NCBI GenBank assembly: GCA_030830685.1
Contig: JAURMM010000054.1
Span: 717 to 64,716, forward strand
Length of the DNA: 64,000 nucleotides
Source of the DNA: Gammaproteobacteria bacterium
GTDB taxonomy: Bacteria; Pseudomonadota; Gammaproteobacteria; Ga0077536
Direction of reading: 5' to 3'
Below the pieces are notes generated by a model. That model made no database searches. It saw nothing but the letters and a program-made list of their open reading frames with translations, and was not told the DNA's origin. Both the position numbers and the translations under genes were made by a program. This document shows, piece after piece, positions 21,143 through 33,503 of the stretch; position 1 is the stretch's first letter; each line of letters opens with the position of its first letter.

Positions 21143-21177
21143 ACAAAAGCCCAGCACCCGGCGGGCGCCCGCTGGGT
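21143..21177 (-). terminator. Rho-independent terminator-like hairpin downstream of sufT
   Basis: The minus strand reads CCCAGC-GGGCGCCCGCCGGGT-GCTGGG followed by CTTTTGTG. It starts 20 nt after the sufT stop codon. Confidence 0.55.
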
Positions 21178-21196
21178 CTCCGGGGCGAGGGCAGCC

Positions 21197-21757
21197 TTAG
21201 TAGAGGCCGGTCTGCAGGCGGGCGGCCTCGGACATCAGCTCCGAGGACCAGGGGGGATCGAAGGTGAGCTCGACCTTCACGTCGGTCACGTTGGGCACCT
21301 GGCGGACCTTGTCCGCAACATCATCGACCAGGATCGGGCCCATGCCACAGCCCGGCGCGGTGAGGGTCATGTCGATTTCGATGACATTCCCGCCCTCGGC
21401 CAAAGGCTTGATTTCACAACGATAAATAAGGCCCAACTCAACGATGTTGATGGGGATCTCTGGGTCATAGCAGGTCTGCAATTGCTCCCAGACCAGACTC
21501 TCATCCACCTTGCCGTCGCCTTCCATCACCTCCGCGGTTGGCAGATGCTCCGGCGTCATGCCGAGCGCATCGACCTCACTGGAGGGGATCCGGGCAAGAT
21601 TGCCATTCACATTCACGGTGACCGAGCCCCCCAAGGCCTGGGTGACGAAGACCGTCGTGCCTGCCTCCAGGGTGATCCGGGTGCCTTGGGGAATGAGCAC
21701 AGCCGCGCAATCGCGCGTGAGCTCGATGGGGCGGGTGAAATCTTGGGGCGAAGTCAT
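21197..21757 (-). CDS. sufT: Fe-S cluster assembly protein SufT (DUF59 C-terminal domain)
   Basis: 186 aa. The C-terminal half, CYDPEIPINIVELGLIY...MTLTAPGCGMG..., is a DUF59/MIP18 motif. It is the last gene of the suf operon. Confidence 0.8.
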   Translation of the reverse strand: MTSPQDFTRPIELTRDCAAVLIPQGTRITLEAGTTVFVTQALGGSVTVNVNGNLARIPSSEVDALGMTPEHLPTAEVMEGDGKVDESLVWEQLQTCYDPEIPINIVELGLIYRCEIKPLAEGGNVIEIDMTLTAPGCGMGPILVDDVADKVRQVPNVTDVKVELTFDPPWSSELMSEAARLQTGLY

Positions 21758-21798
21758 GGAGGGCTACCCTTCTTCCGTCTCGGCTTTGGAGGTGGTGG

Positions 21799-23052
21799 TC
21801 AGGCGAGCATGCGGCGCGCCTTGTCCAGCGCCGCAAAGAACACATCGACTTCCTGTCGGGTATTGTAGAAAGCGAACGATACCCGCGCGGTGCCCGGCAC
21901 GCCAAAGCGCTGCATCACGGGCATTGCACAGTGGTGCCCGGTCCGGATGGCAACCCCCTGACTGTCCAGCAATACGCCAATATCCTGGGGATGCAGGCCG
22001 TCGATGAGGAAGGACAACACGGCCTCCTTCTCGCGCGCGGTGCCGATGATGCGCAGACCCGGCGTTTCAGCGGCGCGGGCTGTGGCATAGGCCAGCAAAT
22101 CCTGTTCATGAGCTAGCGCGCCGGCCAGGTCGAGTGACAGGAAATAATCAATCGCGGCACCGAGCCCGACGCCGCCCGCGATGTGCGGCGTGCCGGCTTC
22201 GAACTTGTGCGGCAGATCCGCATATTCCGTGGTCTCGAAGGTCACCGTCTTGATCATGTCACCGCCGCCCTGATACGGCGGCATCTCCTCCAGCAGCGCA
22301 CGCTTTCCGTAAAGCACGCCTATCCCGGTGGGTCCGAACAGCTTGTGGCCGGAAAATGCGTAGAAGTCACAATCCAGCGCCTGCACGTCCACGCGTCCGT
22401 GCGCCACGGCTTGCGCGCCATCCAGCAGTACCTTGGCACCGACCTTGCGCGCCAGCGCGACGATTTCCTGCACAGGATTGATGCTACCCAGGGCGTTGGA
22501 GACATGACCGAAGGCGAGCAAGCGCGTGCGGGCGGAGACACGGGCAGCGATGGCCTCCGGTTCCAGTTCGCCTGCGTCATTGACTGGAACCACTTTCAGG
22601 ACGATCCCGATCTGCTCGCGCAATATCTGCCACGGGACGATGTTGGCATGGTGTTCAGCTTCCCCGATCAGCACTTCGTCACCGGCCACCAGGCGGTTGC
22701 GGGCATAGCTCTGGGCAACCAGATTGATGGCCTCAGTGGTTCCGCGGGTGAAGATGATCTCGCAGGACTCTGCTGCATTCAGAAAGCCGGCCACTTTCTC
22801 GCGCGCACCTTCAAAAGCCGCAGTCGCACGCTGACTCAACGTGTGCACGCCGCGATGAATGTTGGCATTATCGTGCGCGTAGAAATGCTCAATGGCATCC
22901 AGCACCGCACGCGGCTTGTGGGTCGTGGCTGCGTTGTCCAGATAGACCAGCGGCCGGCCGTTGATGCGGGTTTCGAGAATCGGGAAATCCGCTCTCACCC
23001 TATCCACGTCAAACGCGGGAGTTCCGGATCTGACTTCGGCCAGGCTGCTCAT
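21799..23052 (-). CDS. sufS: Cysteine desulfurase, SufS type
   Basis: YLDNAATT...SGHKLFGPTGIGVLYGK...RTGHHCAMP, with a 4-nt overlap with sufD. Confidence 0.95.
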   Translation of the reverse strand: MSSLAEVRSGTPAFDVDRVRADFPILETRINGRPLVYLDNAATTHKPRAVLDAIEHFYAHDNANIHRGVHTLSQRATAAFEGAREKVAGFLNAAESCEIIFTRGTTEAINLVAQSYARNRLVAGDEVLIGEAEHHANIVPWQILREQIGIVLKVVPVNDAGELEPEAIAARVSARTRLLAFGHVSNALGSINPVQEIVALARKVGAKVLLDGAQAVAHGRVDVQALDCDFYAFSGHKLFGPTGIGVLYGKRALLEEMPPYQGGGDMIKTVTFETTEYADLPHKFEAGTPHIAGGVGLGAAIDYFLSLDLAGALAHEQDLLAYATARAAETPGLRIIGTAREKEAVLSFLIDGLHPQDIGVLLDSQGVAIRTGHHCAMPVMQRFGVPGTARVSFAFYNTRQEVDVFFAALDKARRMLA

Positions 23053-24356
23053 GTGTAGTCTCCCGCAAGCAGTTTCGCCAGCGACGGATTTGCCTCCGCA
23101 AACCGCGCGGTCACCAATGCCTGCAAGGCTGGGTGAGGGATGCTCTCCACGAGACTCTGCACGAAACCGTAGATGAGCAAGGCTCTCGCTTCGACTGCCG
23201 GCACCCCTCTGGAGCGGAGATAGAAGAGGCTGTCGTCATCGAGCTGGCCGACCGTGGCACCGTGCGCGCAGCGCAGATCGTTGGCGTAGATTTCGAGTTC
23301 CGGCTTGGCGTCGATCTCGGCGTCGGAGGAAAGCAGCAGATTGTTGCTGGCCTGGGTGGCGACCACCTTTTCCACGCCCTCGCGCACAAGCACCCGGCCG
23401 TTGAACACACCGCGGCCGTTACCGTCCGCAATGCCCTTGTAGACCTCATCACTGGTGGTGTGGCTGGCCGCATGATCAACCCGGGTGTGATGGTCCACAT
23501 GCTGATTCGGGCCCGCGACGAACACGCCATTCAACTTGAGCTCACCTCCAGGTGCGGCGAGGGCACCGTCGATATCCACCCGCACCATGCGGCCGCTCAG
23601 AACCAGCGAGAAGTTCTCGGCCCTGCTGTCCCGGCCTACGTTGATCTGCACGGAGCCGATGTGCGAGCCCTCACTGCCTTCCCAGACCGCACGGTAGTGG
23701 AATACAGAGGCGCCGTCGCCCGTGTCCACGCGAGTATGGGCGTTGGTGAGGGTCGAGCCCGCGCCTTGAGTGAGGTGGAGTTCGACAAGCTCGATGCGGC
23801 TGTGGCGACCTGCCTGCAGGTGGAGGTGCGGCGATACCAGCGTCGGTGTGCCGGCGCCTATCGTGGCAAAGATCACGAGCAGCGGTTTTTCCACTTGCGT
23901 GCCGGGTGCGACTTCAACATGCAGGCCGTCCGGCGCTGCCGCGGCATTCAGCGCCGCGAATGTGCGCGCCTCGGGAGAGGCCTGTCGTGACAGATGCTCG
24001 GCAAGCCACTGCGGATCCTGGCGAGACATCTCCTCCAACAGTCGCACTGTGATACCCGCAGGCAATGCCGACAGGTCGGAGAGTGACGGCGCGAAGCGCC
24101 CATTGACGAATACCAGCCGCCACGCGTCCAGATCCTTGAGCGGCAGGGAGTTTTGATCCAGACGGCCGGCGCGTGCGGCCCTGAATTCCTGTCCTGAGAG
24201 ACTGCTCAAGTCGGTATAGCGCCAGTCTTCGTCCCGCGGGCTGGGTACACCCTGTGCGAGGGCACGCCGGAACGCCGCCTCGCGGACGGCCTGCACGGCG
24301 CCGGGTTCTTCTCCCCCGCCGAGATCGCGGGCCAGTGATTCCATCAGTCCCATCAC
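23049..24356 (-). CDS. sufD: Fe-S cluster assembly protein SufD
   Basis: 435 aa. The C-terminus, [34 protein letters not shown], is typical of SufD. It sits between sufC and sufS. Confidence 0.9.
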   Translation of the reverse strand: MMGLMESLARDLGGGEEPGAVQAVREAAFRRALAQGVPSPRDEDWRYTDLSSLSGQEFRAARAGRLDQNSLPLKDLDAWRLVFVNGRFAPSLSDLSALPAGITVRLLEEMSRQDPQWLAEHLSRQASPEARTFAALNAAAAPDGLHVEVAPGTQVEKPLLVIFATIGAGTPTLVSPHLHLQAGRHSRIELVELHLTQGAGSTLTNAHTRVDTGDGASVFHYRAVWEGSEGSHIGSVQINVGRDSRAENFSLVLSGRMVRVDIDGALAAPGGELKLNGVFVAGPNQHVDHHTRVDHAASHTTSDEVYKGIADGNGRGVFNGRVLVREGVEKVVATQASNNLLLSSDAEIDAKPELEIYANDLRCAHGATVGQLDDDSLFYLRSRGVPAVEARALLIYGFVQSLVESIPHPALQALVTARFAEANPSLAKLLAGDYT

Positions 24357-25102
24357 GCCGCGTCCTCCAGAAGCCAGTCATAACCCTTGGCCTCCAGCTC
24401 CAACGCAAGCTCCCGCGGACCGGATTTGACGATTCGACCGTCGGCAAGGACATGAACATGGTCGGGCACGATGTAGTCGAGCAGGCGCTGGTAATGGGTC
24501 ACAACCATGAAGGCGCGGTCGGGGCTGCGCAGACGATTCACGCCATCCGCCACGATCCTGAGCGCGTCGATGTCGAGCCCTGAGTCGGTTTCGTCGAGGA
24601 TCGCCAGCGAGGGCTCGAGGATGCTCATCTGGAACACCTCGTTGCGCTTCTTCTCACCCCCTGAGAACCCTTGGTTGACCGGCCGGTTGAGCAGGCTCTC
24701 CTTGAGCCCGATCTCGCGGGTTCTGGTTTTCACCAGATTCAGGAAATCCACGGCGCTGATTTCGGCTTCACCGCGGTATTTTCGAATGCCATTCACCGCA
24801 GCGCGCAGCATGTACACGTTGTTCACGCCAGGGATTTCCACCGGGTACTGGAACGCCAAGAACACGCCTTCGCCAGCCCGCTCCTCGGGCTCCAGTGCCA
24901 GGAGATCCTTGCCATTCCAGGTGATAGACCCTTCCGTCACGGTGTAACCGGGGCGGCCGGCAATGAGGTAGGAGAGCGTGCTCTTCCCGGAGCCGTTCGG
25001 GCCCATGATGGCGTGTACCTCGCCCTTGCCGATGGTGAGATTGAGACCGCGGAGGATGGGTTTGCCGTCGATCTCGGCATGCAGGTTTTCGATTCTGAGC
25101 AT
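24353..25102 (-). CDS. sufC: Fe-S cluster assembly ATPase SufC
   Basis: Walker A GPNGSGKST, signature FSGGEKKR, and ILDETDSGLD. Start taken at MLRIENL (25102); the track start at 25129 is the alternative. Confidence 0.95.
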   Translation of the reverse strand: MLRIENLHAEIDGKPILRGLNLTIGKGEVHAIMGPNGSGKSTLSYLIAGRPGYTVTEGSITWNGKDLLALEPEERAGEGVFLAFQYPVEIPGVNNVYMLRAAVNGIRKYRGEAEISAVDFLNLVKTRTREIGLKESLLNRPVNQGFSGGEKKRNEVFQMSILEPSLAILDETDSGLDIDALRIVADGVNRLRSPDRAFMVVTHYQRLLDYIVPDHVHVLADGRIVKSGPRELALELEAKGYDWLLEDAA

Positions 25103-25109
25103 GAGTCTT

Positions 25110-26558
<1,449 letters not shown>

Positions 26559-26582
26559 CAGAGACTCCGGGCGTTTCTTGTT

Positions 26583-26903
26583 TTAGAGGCTGAAGCTTTC
26601 GCCGCAGCCACAGGTGGCCTTGACGTTCGGATTTGCGAAACGAAAGCCTTCGTTCAGGCCCTCGCGGGCGAAGTCCACCTCCGTGCCGTCGAGATACTTC
26701 AGGCTTTCATCGTCCACCACGATCTGCACGCCTTGTGAGGTGAACACCTGGTCGTGCTCGTTGATTTCGCTGGCTGGTTGCACGATGTACATGTAGCCAG
26801 AGCAGCCGGTGGGCTTGACGCCCACACGCAGTCCATTGCCTTCATTCTTGGCCAGGAAACGCTCGACGTGACGGGCGGCGCGTTCGGTCAGGGTGATCGC
26901 CAT
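26583..26903 (-). CDS. sufA: A-type Fe-S cluster carrier (SufA/IscA/ErpA family)
   Basis: 106 aa, from MAITLTERAARHVERFL...GLRVGVKPTGCSGYMY to ...NPNVKATCGCGESFSL. The longer track ORF (to 27155) overlaps the Rrf2 gene and is rejected. Confidence 0.9.
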   Translation of the reverse strand: MAITLTERAARHVERFLAKNEGNGLRVGVKPTGCSGYMYIVQPASEINEHDQVFTSQGVQIVVDDESLKYLDGTEVDFAREGLNEGFRFANPNVKATCGCGESFSL

Positions 26904-26929
26904 GGTCTTTTCTCCAAATTCGGCCGCGA

Positions 26930-27409
26930 TCAGACCGCGGCAGCCTTGAGGCGGGACTCGTCTGCGGACTTGGGCCACTGCCGCAGGATTTGGGCCTGGC
27001 CTTGGGTGCGGTTCTCCTGAACCACCGTGTCCAGGCTCACATCGCTCAGGTACTGACGGATTTGCCGGCTGAGTTCCTCCCACAGGTTGTGGGTGAGGCA
27101 ACCGTGGTCCCCGCGGCAGTTGCGCAACCCGCCGCAACGCGTGGCATCCACGCATTCATCCACGGCGTCGATCACATCGGCAACGGAAATCTCGGTTCCG
27201 GGCCGGCCGAGTTGATAGCCCCCCCCCGGACCGCGCGTTCCGTCCACCAGACCCCGGCGACGCAGCGCAGCAAAAAGCTGTTCCAGGTAAGATTGGGAGA
27301 TGCCCTGGCGCGCTGCGATTTCGGCCAGAGATACCCGTCCACCGGTGCCGTGCAGGGCCAGGTCGACCATCGCAGTCACGGCATAGCGGCCTTTGGTAGT
27401 CAAACGCAT
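26930..27409 (-). CDS. iscR: Rrf2-family Fe-S-responsive transcriptional regulator (IscR-like)
   Basis: [21 protein letters not shown]...[29 protein letters not shown], plus a Cys cluster ([22 protein letters not shown]). It is the first gene of the suf operon. Confidence 0.85.
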   Translation of the reverse strand: MRLTTKGRYAVTAMVDLALHGTGGRVSLAEIAARQGISQSYLEQLFAALRRRGLVDGTRGPGGGYQLGRPGTEISVADVIDAVDECVDATRCGGLRNCRGDHGCLTHNLWEELSRQIRQYLSDVSLDTVVQENRTQGQAQILRQWPKSADESRLKAAAV

Positions 27410-27455
27410 AGTGGCTCCTTGGATATTCCTACGGAATTGCTAGGAATTGTGTGAG

Positions 27456-27481
27456 ATACCTAGTGTTTCAGTCAAGAATAT
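27456..27481 (-). promoter_or_regulatory. Possible IscR/Rrf2 operator in the AT-rich leader of the iscR-suf operon
   Basis: ATACCTAGTGTTTCAGTCAAGAATAT. The right half, CAGTCAAGAAT, fits 10 of 11 positions of the recalled type-1 half-site YAGTCRRSTAT. The left half fits poorly. It lies 47-72 nt upstream of the iscR ATG. Nearby direct repeats GGAATTG occur at 27433 and 27443. Confidence 0.3.
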
Positions 27482-27518
27482 TTTTGCACCTGCGGCATGA
27501 GCCTGTGCGCGGGGGGAT

Positions 27519-28286
27519 TCAGGGTGTCTGTGGTTCTTCGGCCACGCGGCGTCGCATCTCTTCGCAGGATGGAATATTAGGCAGATCCACGGAAATTCCC
27601 TGGCGGCAGAGCGCCTCGGCCATCACTTCGATCTGCTTCTCCAAACCGCGCGCGTGATCCAGCAAGGCATCTACCGCCTGGGTCATGGGGTCGTTGAGGC
27701 CCTTGACCTGCCCGTAGGCGTCAAAGCCGATCCGGCGGGCGGTTTCTTCCCGCTCAGCCTGCTGGCTGGGCTGATTACCGCCGGCGATGCGGCCGGGGAT
27801 CCCGACCACGGTGGCGCCCGCAGGCACATCCTTAACGACCACCGCATTGGACCCGACCCGAGCGTTCTCTCCCAGCGTGATGGGGCCGAGTACCTTGGCC
27901 CCCGCGCCAATCACTACGCCGTTGCCGAGGGTGGGGTGACGCTTGCCCTTGTTCCAAGTTGTGCCGCCCAGGGTCACGCCGTGGTAGAGCGTCACGTCGT
28001 CACCGATTTCAGCGGTTTCCCCAATCACCACACCCATGCCATGGTCGATGAAAAAGCGTCTGCCGATGGTGGCGCCAGGATGGATTTCGATTCCGGTGAG
28101 AAACCTGCCCAGATGCGACATCACGCGGGCCAGTAGCTTGAAACCGTGTTGCCAGAGCCAGTGGCTGGCGCGGTGGATGATCAGAATGTGAATGCCAGGA
28201 TAGGCCAGCAGCAACTCGAGCGTGTTGCGGGCAGCGGGGTCGCGTGCGTAGATGCTGCGGATGTCTTCTCTGAGGTGCTGGAACAT
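27519..28286 (-). CDS. cysE: Serine O-acetyltransferase
   Basis: Hexapeptide-repeat core [45 protein letters not shown]. The cysE-iscR adjacency is conserved. Confidence 0.9.
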   Translation of the reverse strand: MFQHLREDIRSIYARDPAARNTLELLLAYPGIHILIIHRASHWLWQHGFKLLARVMSHLGRFLTGIEIHPGATIGRRFFIDHGMGVVIGETAEIGDDVTLYHGVTLGGTTWNKGKRHPTLGNGVVIGAGAKVLGPITLGENARVGSNAVVVKDVPAGATVVGIPGRIAGGNQPSQQAEREETARRIGFDAYGQVKGLNDPMTQAVDALLDHARGLEKQIEVMAEALCRQGISVDLPNIPSCEEMRRRVAEEPQTP

Positions 28287-28309
28287 GGGCAGGGCTCGCC
28301 AGTGTTAGG

Positions 28310-28585
28310 ATGGGGTTCGATCAGGCACGGCCCGGAAAGCGACGGAAGGACATCAAGTTGGATCAGAAAGATGACGCCCCCGGGGGGCGTCTGAGCATAC
28401 TACAAGTGGCCCAGAGCGTGCTCGCAGCCACCATCGGTGTGCAGAGCAACCGCAATCGTGAACGCGACTTTCATCGGGGCTCAGCCAAGGCTTTCATCAT
28501 TGCAGGCCTCATCGGCACGCTCCTGTTTATCCTCACCGTGTACACGGTGGTGAAGCTGGTGCTGCACGCCAGCGTGGGCGACTGA
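28310..28585 (+). CDS. Small membrane protein, DUF2970-like
   Basis: LSILQVAQSVLAATIGVQSNRNRERDF...AFIIAGLIGTLLFILTVYTVVKLVL is a pattern I associate with DUF2970. The start is uncertain. Confidence 0.55.
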   Translation: MGFDQARPGKRRKDIKLDQKDDAPGGRLSILQVAQSVLAATIGVQSNRNRERDFHRGSAKAFIIAGLIGTLLFILTVYTVVKLVLHASVGD

Positions 28586-28610
28586 AGCACCGCCCCGGTG
28601 ACGGCTGATA

Positions 28611-31400
28611 TCAGGCCGGGAGGCGCGCCAGCTGCTCGCTGAAGCGAGCAATCTGATCCCGGTTGTCTGCAGCGCGTCGCCGCTCTTTTTCCACGACCTC
28701 TGCCGGTGCCCGTTCCACGAATGAGGCGTTGCCGAGTTTGGCGTCGACCCGCGCCAGATCCTGCTCCAGGCGTGCAATCTCTTTCGCAAGCCGCTCGCGC
28801 TCCACCGCAGGATCAATCAGGTCGAGCAGTGGAACGAGAATGGTCATGTCTCCTGCCAGTGCTGTCGTCGCATCTGCACCACCGGCATCTGTACTTTCTT
28901 CCAGACTCTCCAACCGGGCCAGGTGCCGAATCGGGGCTTCCATGGCGCTGAGCCAGGCGCGCTCTTCTGCACTGCCGCCATGCACCCGGATGGGGATGCG
29001 TCTGGCCGGTTCCAGATTGTTTTCGGCGCGTATCCTGCGAACGCCGAGAATGAACTGACGGACCCAGGTGATGGCCTGGCCAGCGGGCGCGTCTTCCACT
29101 AATTCCCCGAGCTGCGGGTAGGGCCGATTCATGAGGGTCTCGGCCTGCCGCCCGAGCATCGGCGCCACCTGCATCCAGATCTCCTCGGTGATGAACGGCA
29201 TCAACGGATGCAGCATGCGTAGCGTGACTTCGAGCACATCCACGAGCACGTAGCGCGTGGCGTCTTTGGCGTCTTCCGTGATCCCCGGGTCATTCAGCGT
29301 CACCTTGGCGAGTTCGATGTACCAGTCGCAGTACTCGTCCCAGATGAATTCGTAGAGCGCCTGTGCGGAGAGATCGAAGCGATAGTTTTCGAAGCCGGCG
29401 GTGACCTCCACCAGCGCATCCCGCAGACGGTGCCGAATCCAGCGTTCAGGCAGTCCGAGAGTTGGCGTGAGCAGATCTGTAGGCAGCCGGCGTTCTCCCA
29501 CCACCATTTGCACGAAGCGGGCTGCATTCCAGATCTTGTTGCAGAAATTGCGGTACCCGTCGATGCGGCCGAGATCGAAGCGGATATCACGACCCTGGGT
29601 GGCCATGGCCGCAAACGTGAAGCGCAGCGCATCCGTGCCATAGCCAGGGATCCCTTCCGGAAACTGACGGCGCGTGGCAGCCTCGATCCTGGGTGCATCT
29701 TCCGGCCGCATCAGGCCCACGGTACGCTTGCCGACCAGCGGCTCGAGTTCGATGCCATCGATGAGGTCGATAGGGTCGAGGATATTGCCCTTGGACTTGG
29801 ACATCTTGTTGCCTTCCGCATCGCGGACGAGGCCATGGATGTAGACTTCGCGGAAGGGCACGTCGCCCATGAACTTCATGCCCATCATGATCATCCGGGC
29901 AACCCAGAAGAAGATGATGTCAAAGCCCGTGACCAGCACGCTGGTGGGATAGAACTGGCTGAGTTCCGGCGTGCTGTCTGGCCACCCAAGAGTGGAGAAT
30001 GGCCACAGCGCAGAGGAGAACCAGGTATCCAGCACATCAGGATCCTGCGTCAGCACCACCTCTGGTCCCAGACCCGCCTTGTTGCGGGCCTCCGCCTCGG
30101 TGCGTCCGACGAAGATCCGGCCTTGCGTGTCATACCATGCTGGAATGCGGTGTCCCCACCAGAGCTGTCTCGAGATGCACCAATCCTCGATGTTGCGCAT
30201 CCACTCGAAATAGGTGCGCGTCCAGTTTTCCGGCACGAAGCGGATCCGCCCGTCTTCCACGCAGGTGATGGCAGGCTCGGCCAGCGGCGCAATCCGCACG
30301 AACCACTGATCGGTGAGAAAAGGCTCGATGACTGCCTGGGAGCGATCGCCCCTCGGCACCATCAGCTTGTGAGCGTCGATTCTCTCCAGCAGGCCCAGCG
30401 CCTCGAGGTCATTCACGATTCTCTTGCGCGCTGCGAAGCGATCAAGGCCCTGATAGGCGGTTGGTGCCAGCTCGTTGAGGGTCGCGTGGGCCGTGAAGAT
30501 GTTGATCTTTGGCAAGTCGTGCCGTTCGCCTACGGCATAGTCGTTGAAATCATGCGCAGGCGTGATCTTCACGCAGCCGGAGCCGAATGCCCGATCAACA
30601 TAAGTGTCCGCGATCACCGGAATACTCCGGTCGCACAGGGGTAAGCGCACCGACTTGCCAATCAGGTGCTGATAACGCGGGTCTTCCGGATGCACGGCGA
30701 CCGCGGCGTCACCGAGCAAGGTCTCTGGGCGAGTGGTGGCAACCACTATATGGCCGCTGCCGTCTTCGAGCGGATAGCGTATGTGCCAGAGACTGCCTTG
30801 CTCCTCTGTCGAGACTACCTCCAGATCCGAGATGGCGGTGTTCAGCACCGGGTCCCAGTTGACCAGGCGTTTGCCGCGGTAGATGAGGCCTTCTTCGTGC
30901 AGGCGCACGAACACTTCGGTCACGGCGCGCGAGAGGCCTTCATCCATCGTGAAGCGCTCGCGACTCCAGTCCATGGAGGCACCCATGCGCCGCAACTGTT
31001 GCGAGATGGTCCCGCCGGACTCGGCCTTCCACTCCCACACAGCCGCCGTGAACTTTTCCCGACCGAGATCATGGCGCGACAAACCCTTCAAGCCGAGCTG
31101 TCGCTCCACCACCATCTGCGTGGCGATGCCGGCATGGTCGGTACCGCACTGCCAGAGTGCGCGCTTGCCCGACATGCGCTGGTAGCGAATGAGAGCGTCC
31201 ATCAGCGTGTCCTGGAACGCATGCCCCATGTGCAGGCTGCCGGTGACATTGGGCGGGGGCAGCATGATGCAGTAGGGATCACCCTCGCCCTTGGCGGTAA
31301 AAAAGCCTGCGGCCTCCCACGCGCGATAGCGTGATTGCTCGATCTTGCCGGGATCATAGGTCTTGGCGATGGGGGCGGGCGTCTGGTCTTGCGCGGTCAT
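28611..31400 (-). CDS. valS: Valine--tRNA ligase
   Basis: [13 protein letters not shown] and KMSKSKGN class I motifs, plus a C-terminal coiled coil. Start trimmed to the ATG at 31400 ([21 protein letters not shown]). Confidence 0.95.
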   Translation of the reverse strand: MTAQDQTPAPIAKTYDPGKIEQSRYRAWEAAGFFTAKGEGDPYCIMLPPPNVTGSLHMGHAFQDTLMDALIRYQRMSGKRALWQCGTDHAGIATQMVVERQLGLKGLSRHDLGREKFTAAVWEWKAESGGTISQQLRRMGASMDWSRERFTMDEGLSRAVTEVFVRLHEEGLIYRGKRLVNWDPVLNTAISDLEVVSTEEQGSLWHIRYPLEDGSGHIVVATTRPETLLGDAAVAVHPEDPRYQHLIGKSVRLPLCDRSIPVIADTYVDRAFGSGCVKITPAHDFNDYAVGERHDLPKINIFTAHATLNELAPTAYQGLDRFAARKRIVNDLEALGLLERIDAHKLMVPRGDRSQAVIEPFLTDQWFVRIAPLAEPAITCVEDGRIRFVPENWTRTYFEWMRNIEDWCISRQLWWGHRIPAWYDTQGRIFVGRTEAEARNKAGLGPEVVLTQDPDVLDTWFSSALWPFSTLGWPDSTPELSQFYPTSVLVTGFDIIFFWVARMIMMGMKFMGDVPFREVYIHGLVRDAEGNKMSKSKGNILDPIDLIDGIELEPLVGKRTVGLMRPEDAPRIEAATRRQFPEGIPGYGTDALRFTFAAMATQGRDIRFDLGRIDGYRNFCNKIWNAARFVQMVVGERRLPTDLLTPTLGLPERWIRHRLRDALVEVTAGFENYRFDLSAQALYEFIWDEYCDWYIELAKVTLNDPGITEDAKDATRYVLVDVLEVTLRMLHPLMPFITEEIWMQVAPMLGRQAETLMNRPYPQLGELVEDAPAGQAITWVRQFILGVRRIRAENNLEPARRIPIRVHGGSAEERAWLSAMEAPIRHLARLESLEESTDAGGADATTALAGDMTILVPLLDLIDPAVERERLAKEIARLEQDLARVDAKLGNASFVERAPAEVVEKERRRAADNRDQIARFSEQLARLPA

Positions 31401-31584
31401 GGCAGGTTCTTCTGGTGAAATGAGTGATTTTTCGGGTGGGCGGGACGTCGTGCCGGCGAGCGTTCCCTTAAAACCCAGCGAGCCCGGGTCCAGCCCTTGC
31501 ACGCGATGGGTCAGCCGCGGGGGCACGCCGCGAGCCAGGAAGGGCCGGTTGTGCCGGGGTGAATCGTGGTTTTCGGCCAAGCGT

Positions 31585-32010
31585 TCAGGCCTGCCGGGTC
31601 GCGAGCGGATATCCCCGATCCTTGTAGAACCTCCAGCGTTCCCTGGCCAGCTGCCGCGTATGAGGATCATGGCCCGTGGTTTCCACCACGCGCTCAAACT
31701 GGCTGAAGAAGGTCGGCACTTCTACATGCAGATTGAACAGGATATCCATCAGGTCAGGCGGCTGAGGGGCACAGCCCAGCAGAATCTTCACCTGAGCGGT
31801 CGCGGGCGTTCCGGCGATTGCGTGAGGCACAAAGCTCGTGTCGTGGAAGGTCCATAACAGATCATCAAGGCTGGCGACCATCTCCTCGTCCAGGCAGTGG
31901 ACGTAAATACCGCGCCCAGCCTGCCACGCCTGCTCTACGAGCTCACACACGCGCACATCGTGCTGGCGGCGCGTTTCTTCCGGCCAGTGATGAAAATCGA
32001 TGCTGGTCAC
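31585..32010 (-). CDS. holC: DNA polymerase III subunit chi
   Basis: ...[41 protein letters not shown]...[15 protein letters not shown] aligns with E. coli HolC as recalled. The GTG start at 32010 overlaps the pepA TGA (GTGA). Confidence 0.8.
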   Translation of the reverse strand: MTSIDFHHWPEETRRQHDVRVCELVEQAWQAGRGIYVHCLDEEMVASLDDLLWTFHDTSFVPHAIAGTPATAQVKILLGCAPQPPDLMDILFNLHVEVPTFFSQFERVVETTGHDPHTRQLARERWRFYKDRGYPLATRQA

Positions 32011-33503
32011 GTCCGCGTCGCGGGGCTGCGCTTGAGCAGGAATTCCATGAGCAGCGGTACCGGCCGACCCGTGGAGCCCTTGGCCTTGCCGCCGGTCCAT
32101 GCGGTGCCCGCGATATCAAGGTGCGCCCAGTGGTATTCGCGAGTGAAACGAGCCAGAAAGCACGCCGCAGTGATGGTGCCCGCTTCCCGACCGCCCACGT
32201 TCGACATGTCGGCAAAGGGACTATCAAGCTGCTTTTGATAGTCGTCCCACAAGGGGAGACGCCACGCCCTGTCTCCCGAGGTCTGGCCTGCTTCGAGCAG
32301 CTCGTTCGCCAGCGGATCGTGGTTGCTGAGAAGACCGCTGGCATGACTACCCAGCGCGATCACGCACGCGCCGGTCAGGGTGGCGATGTCGATAACCACG
32401 GCGGGCTCGAAGCGCGCACACCAGGTGAGGGCATCACACAGGATCAGGCGACCCTCCGCGTCGGTATTGAGGATCTCGATGGTCTGTCCGGACAGGCTGG
32501 TCACCACATCACCCGGTTTCACCGCATTGCCGTCCGGCAGGTTTTCGGTCGCTGGCAGCACCCCCACGACATTGATTGGCAACTCCAGCGTGGCGACGGC
32601 CTTCATAACTCCCAGCACGCTGGCAGCCCCCGTCATGTCGAACTTCATCTCGTCCATGGCGGACGCCGGTTTGATGGAGATACCACCGGAATCGAAAGTG
32701 ACACCCTTGCCGACCAGCACAACCGGCTTGTCCTTGCGATCTCCTCCCCTGTACTCGACGGCAATCAGCTTCGGTGGCTGACGGCTGCCCTGGGCGACGG
32801 CGAGCAGTGCCCCCATACCGAGCTTGCGCATCTCGATTTCATTGACCACGGTGGCCTTGAGTGCGGGGAATTCCCTGGCGAGCGCCTGGGCGGTCTGTGC
32901 AAGGTGGGTCGGCGTGCAGTGATTGCCGGGCAGGTTGGCCAGATCCCGGGTGAGGTCCATGCCTTGGGCGATTCCGTAGCCCAGTCTGGCCCCGGCTTCC
33001 ACGGCTGCGTTCTGGCTGGCGTCGCACAGGAACAGCAGGCGAGAAAGCTGTGGTTTCCTGGAGGGTTTGGATTTGAGCTGGTCGAAGCGGTAGCGTGCGC
33101 TGTTGAATGCCACGGCCATCTGTCTGGCCTGCCACACGATGTCCCGATCGTGGACTGTGACCTCCAGCAAGGCACTGGCGGCGGTGCGCACGCCGGCTTC
33201 GCAGAGGGCCTTGGCCGCGGTCGCCAGCACCCGTTGGTATTCGCTGCCCGAGACACCGTCCTTGCGCCCGCAACCTACCAGCAGAACACGCTCCGCGCTG
33301 ATCCCGCCCACGTCGGGCAGCATTAGCGATTCACCGGGATTGCCGCTAATATCACCCCGCTTGATGACCCGACTGAGCGCACCTCTTGAAGCCTTGTCCA
33401 ACGCCTGCGCGCAGGGACTGAGGCGCTTGCCGGAGTGGATTGCCACCGCGATGCAGGCCGTTTTCAGGGTTCGAGCGCTACCGAGTTTGACCGAAATCTC
33501 CAT
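32007..33503 (-). CDS. pepA: Leucyl aminopeptidase (M17)
   Basis: VGKGVTFDSGGISIKP...NTDAEGRLILCDALT...ATLTGAC. Start trimmed to the ATG at 33503 (MEISVKLG). Confidence 0.95.
   Translation of the reverse strand: MEISVKLGSARTLKTACIAVAIHSGKRLSPCAQALDKASRGALSRVIKRGDISGNPGESLMLPDVGGISAERVLLVGCGRKDGVSGSEYQRVLATAAKALCEAGVRTAASALLEVTVHDRDIVWQARQMAVAFNSARYRFDQLKSKPSRKPQLSRLLFLCDASQNAAVEAGARLGYGIAQGMDLTRDLANLPGNHCTPTHLAQTAQALAREFPALKATVVNEIEMRKLGMGALLAVAQGSRQPPKLIAVEYRGGDRKDKPVVLVGKGVTFDSGGISIKPASAMDEMKFDMTGAASVLGVMKAVATLELPINVVGVLPATENLPDGNAVKPGDVVTSLSGQTIEILNTDAEGRLILCDALTWCARFEPAVVIDIATLTGACVIALGSHASGLLSNHDPLANELLEAGQTSGDRAWRLPLWDDYQKQLDSPFADMSNVGGREAGTITAACFLARFTREYHWAHLDIAGTAWTGGKAKGSTGRPVPLLMEFLLKRSPATRT

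Noticed and set aside
26904-27155. N-terminal extension of the sufA ORF (190-aa version)
   Set aside because: It overlaps the Rrf2 regulator gene in another frame. A-type carriers are about 105-120 aa, and the ATG at 26903 gives a canonical 106-aa protein.
31818-33326. 502-aa + strand ORF
   Set aside because: It is antisense to pepA and holC, which carry unambiguous family motifs.
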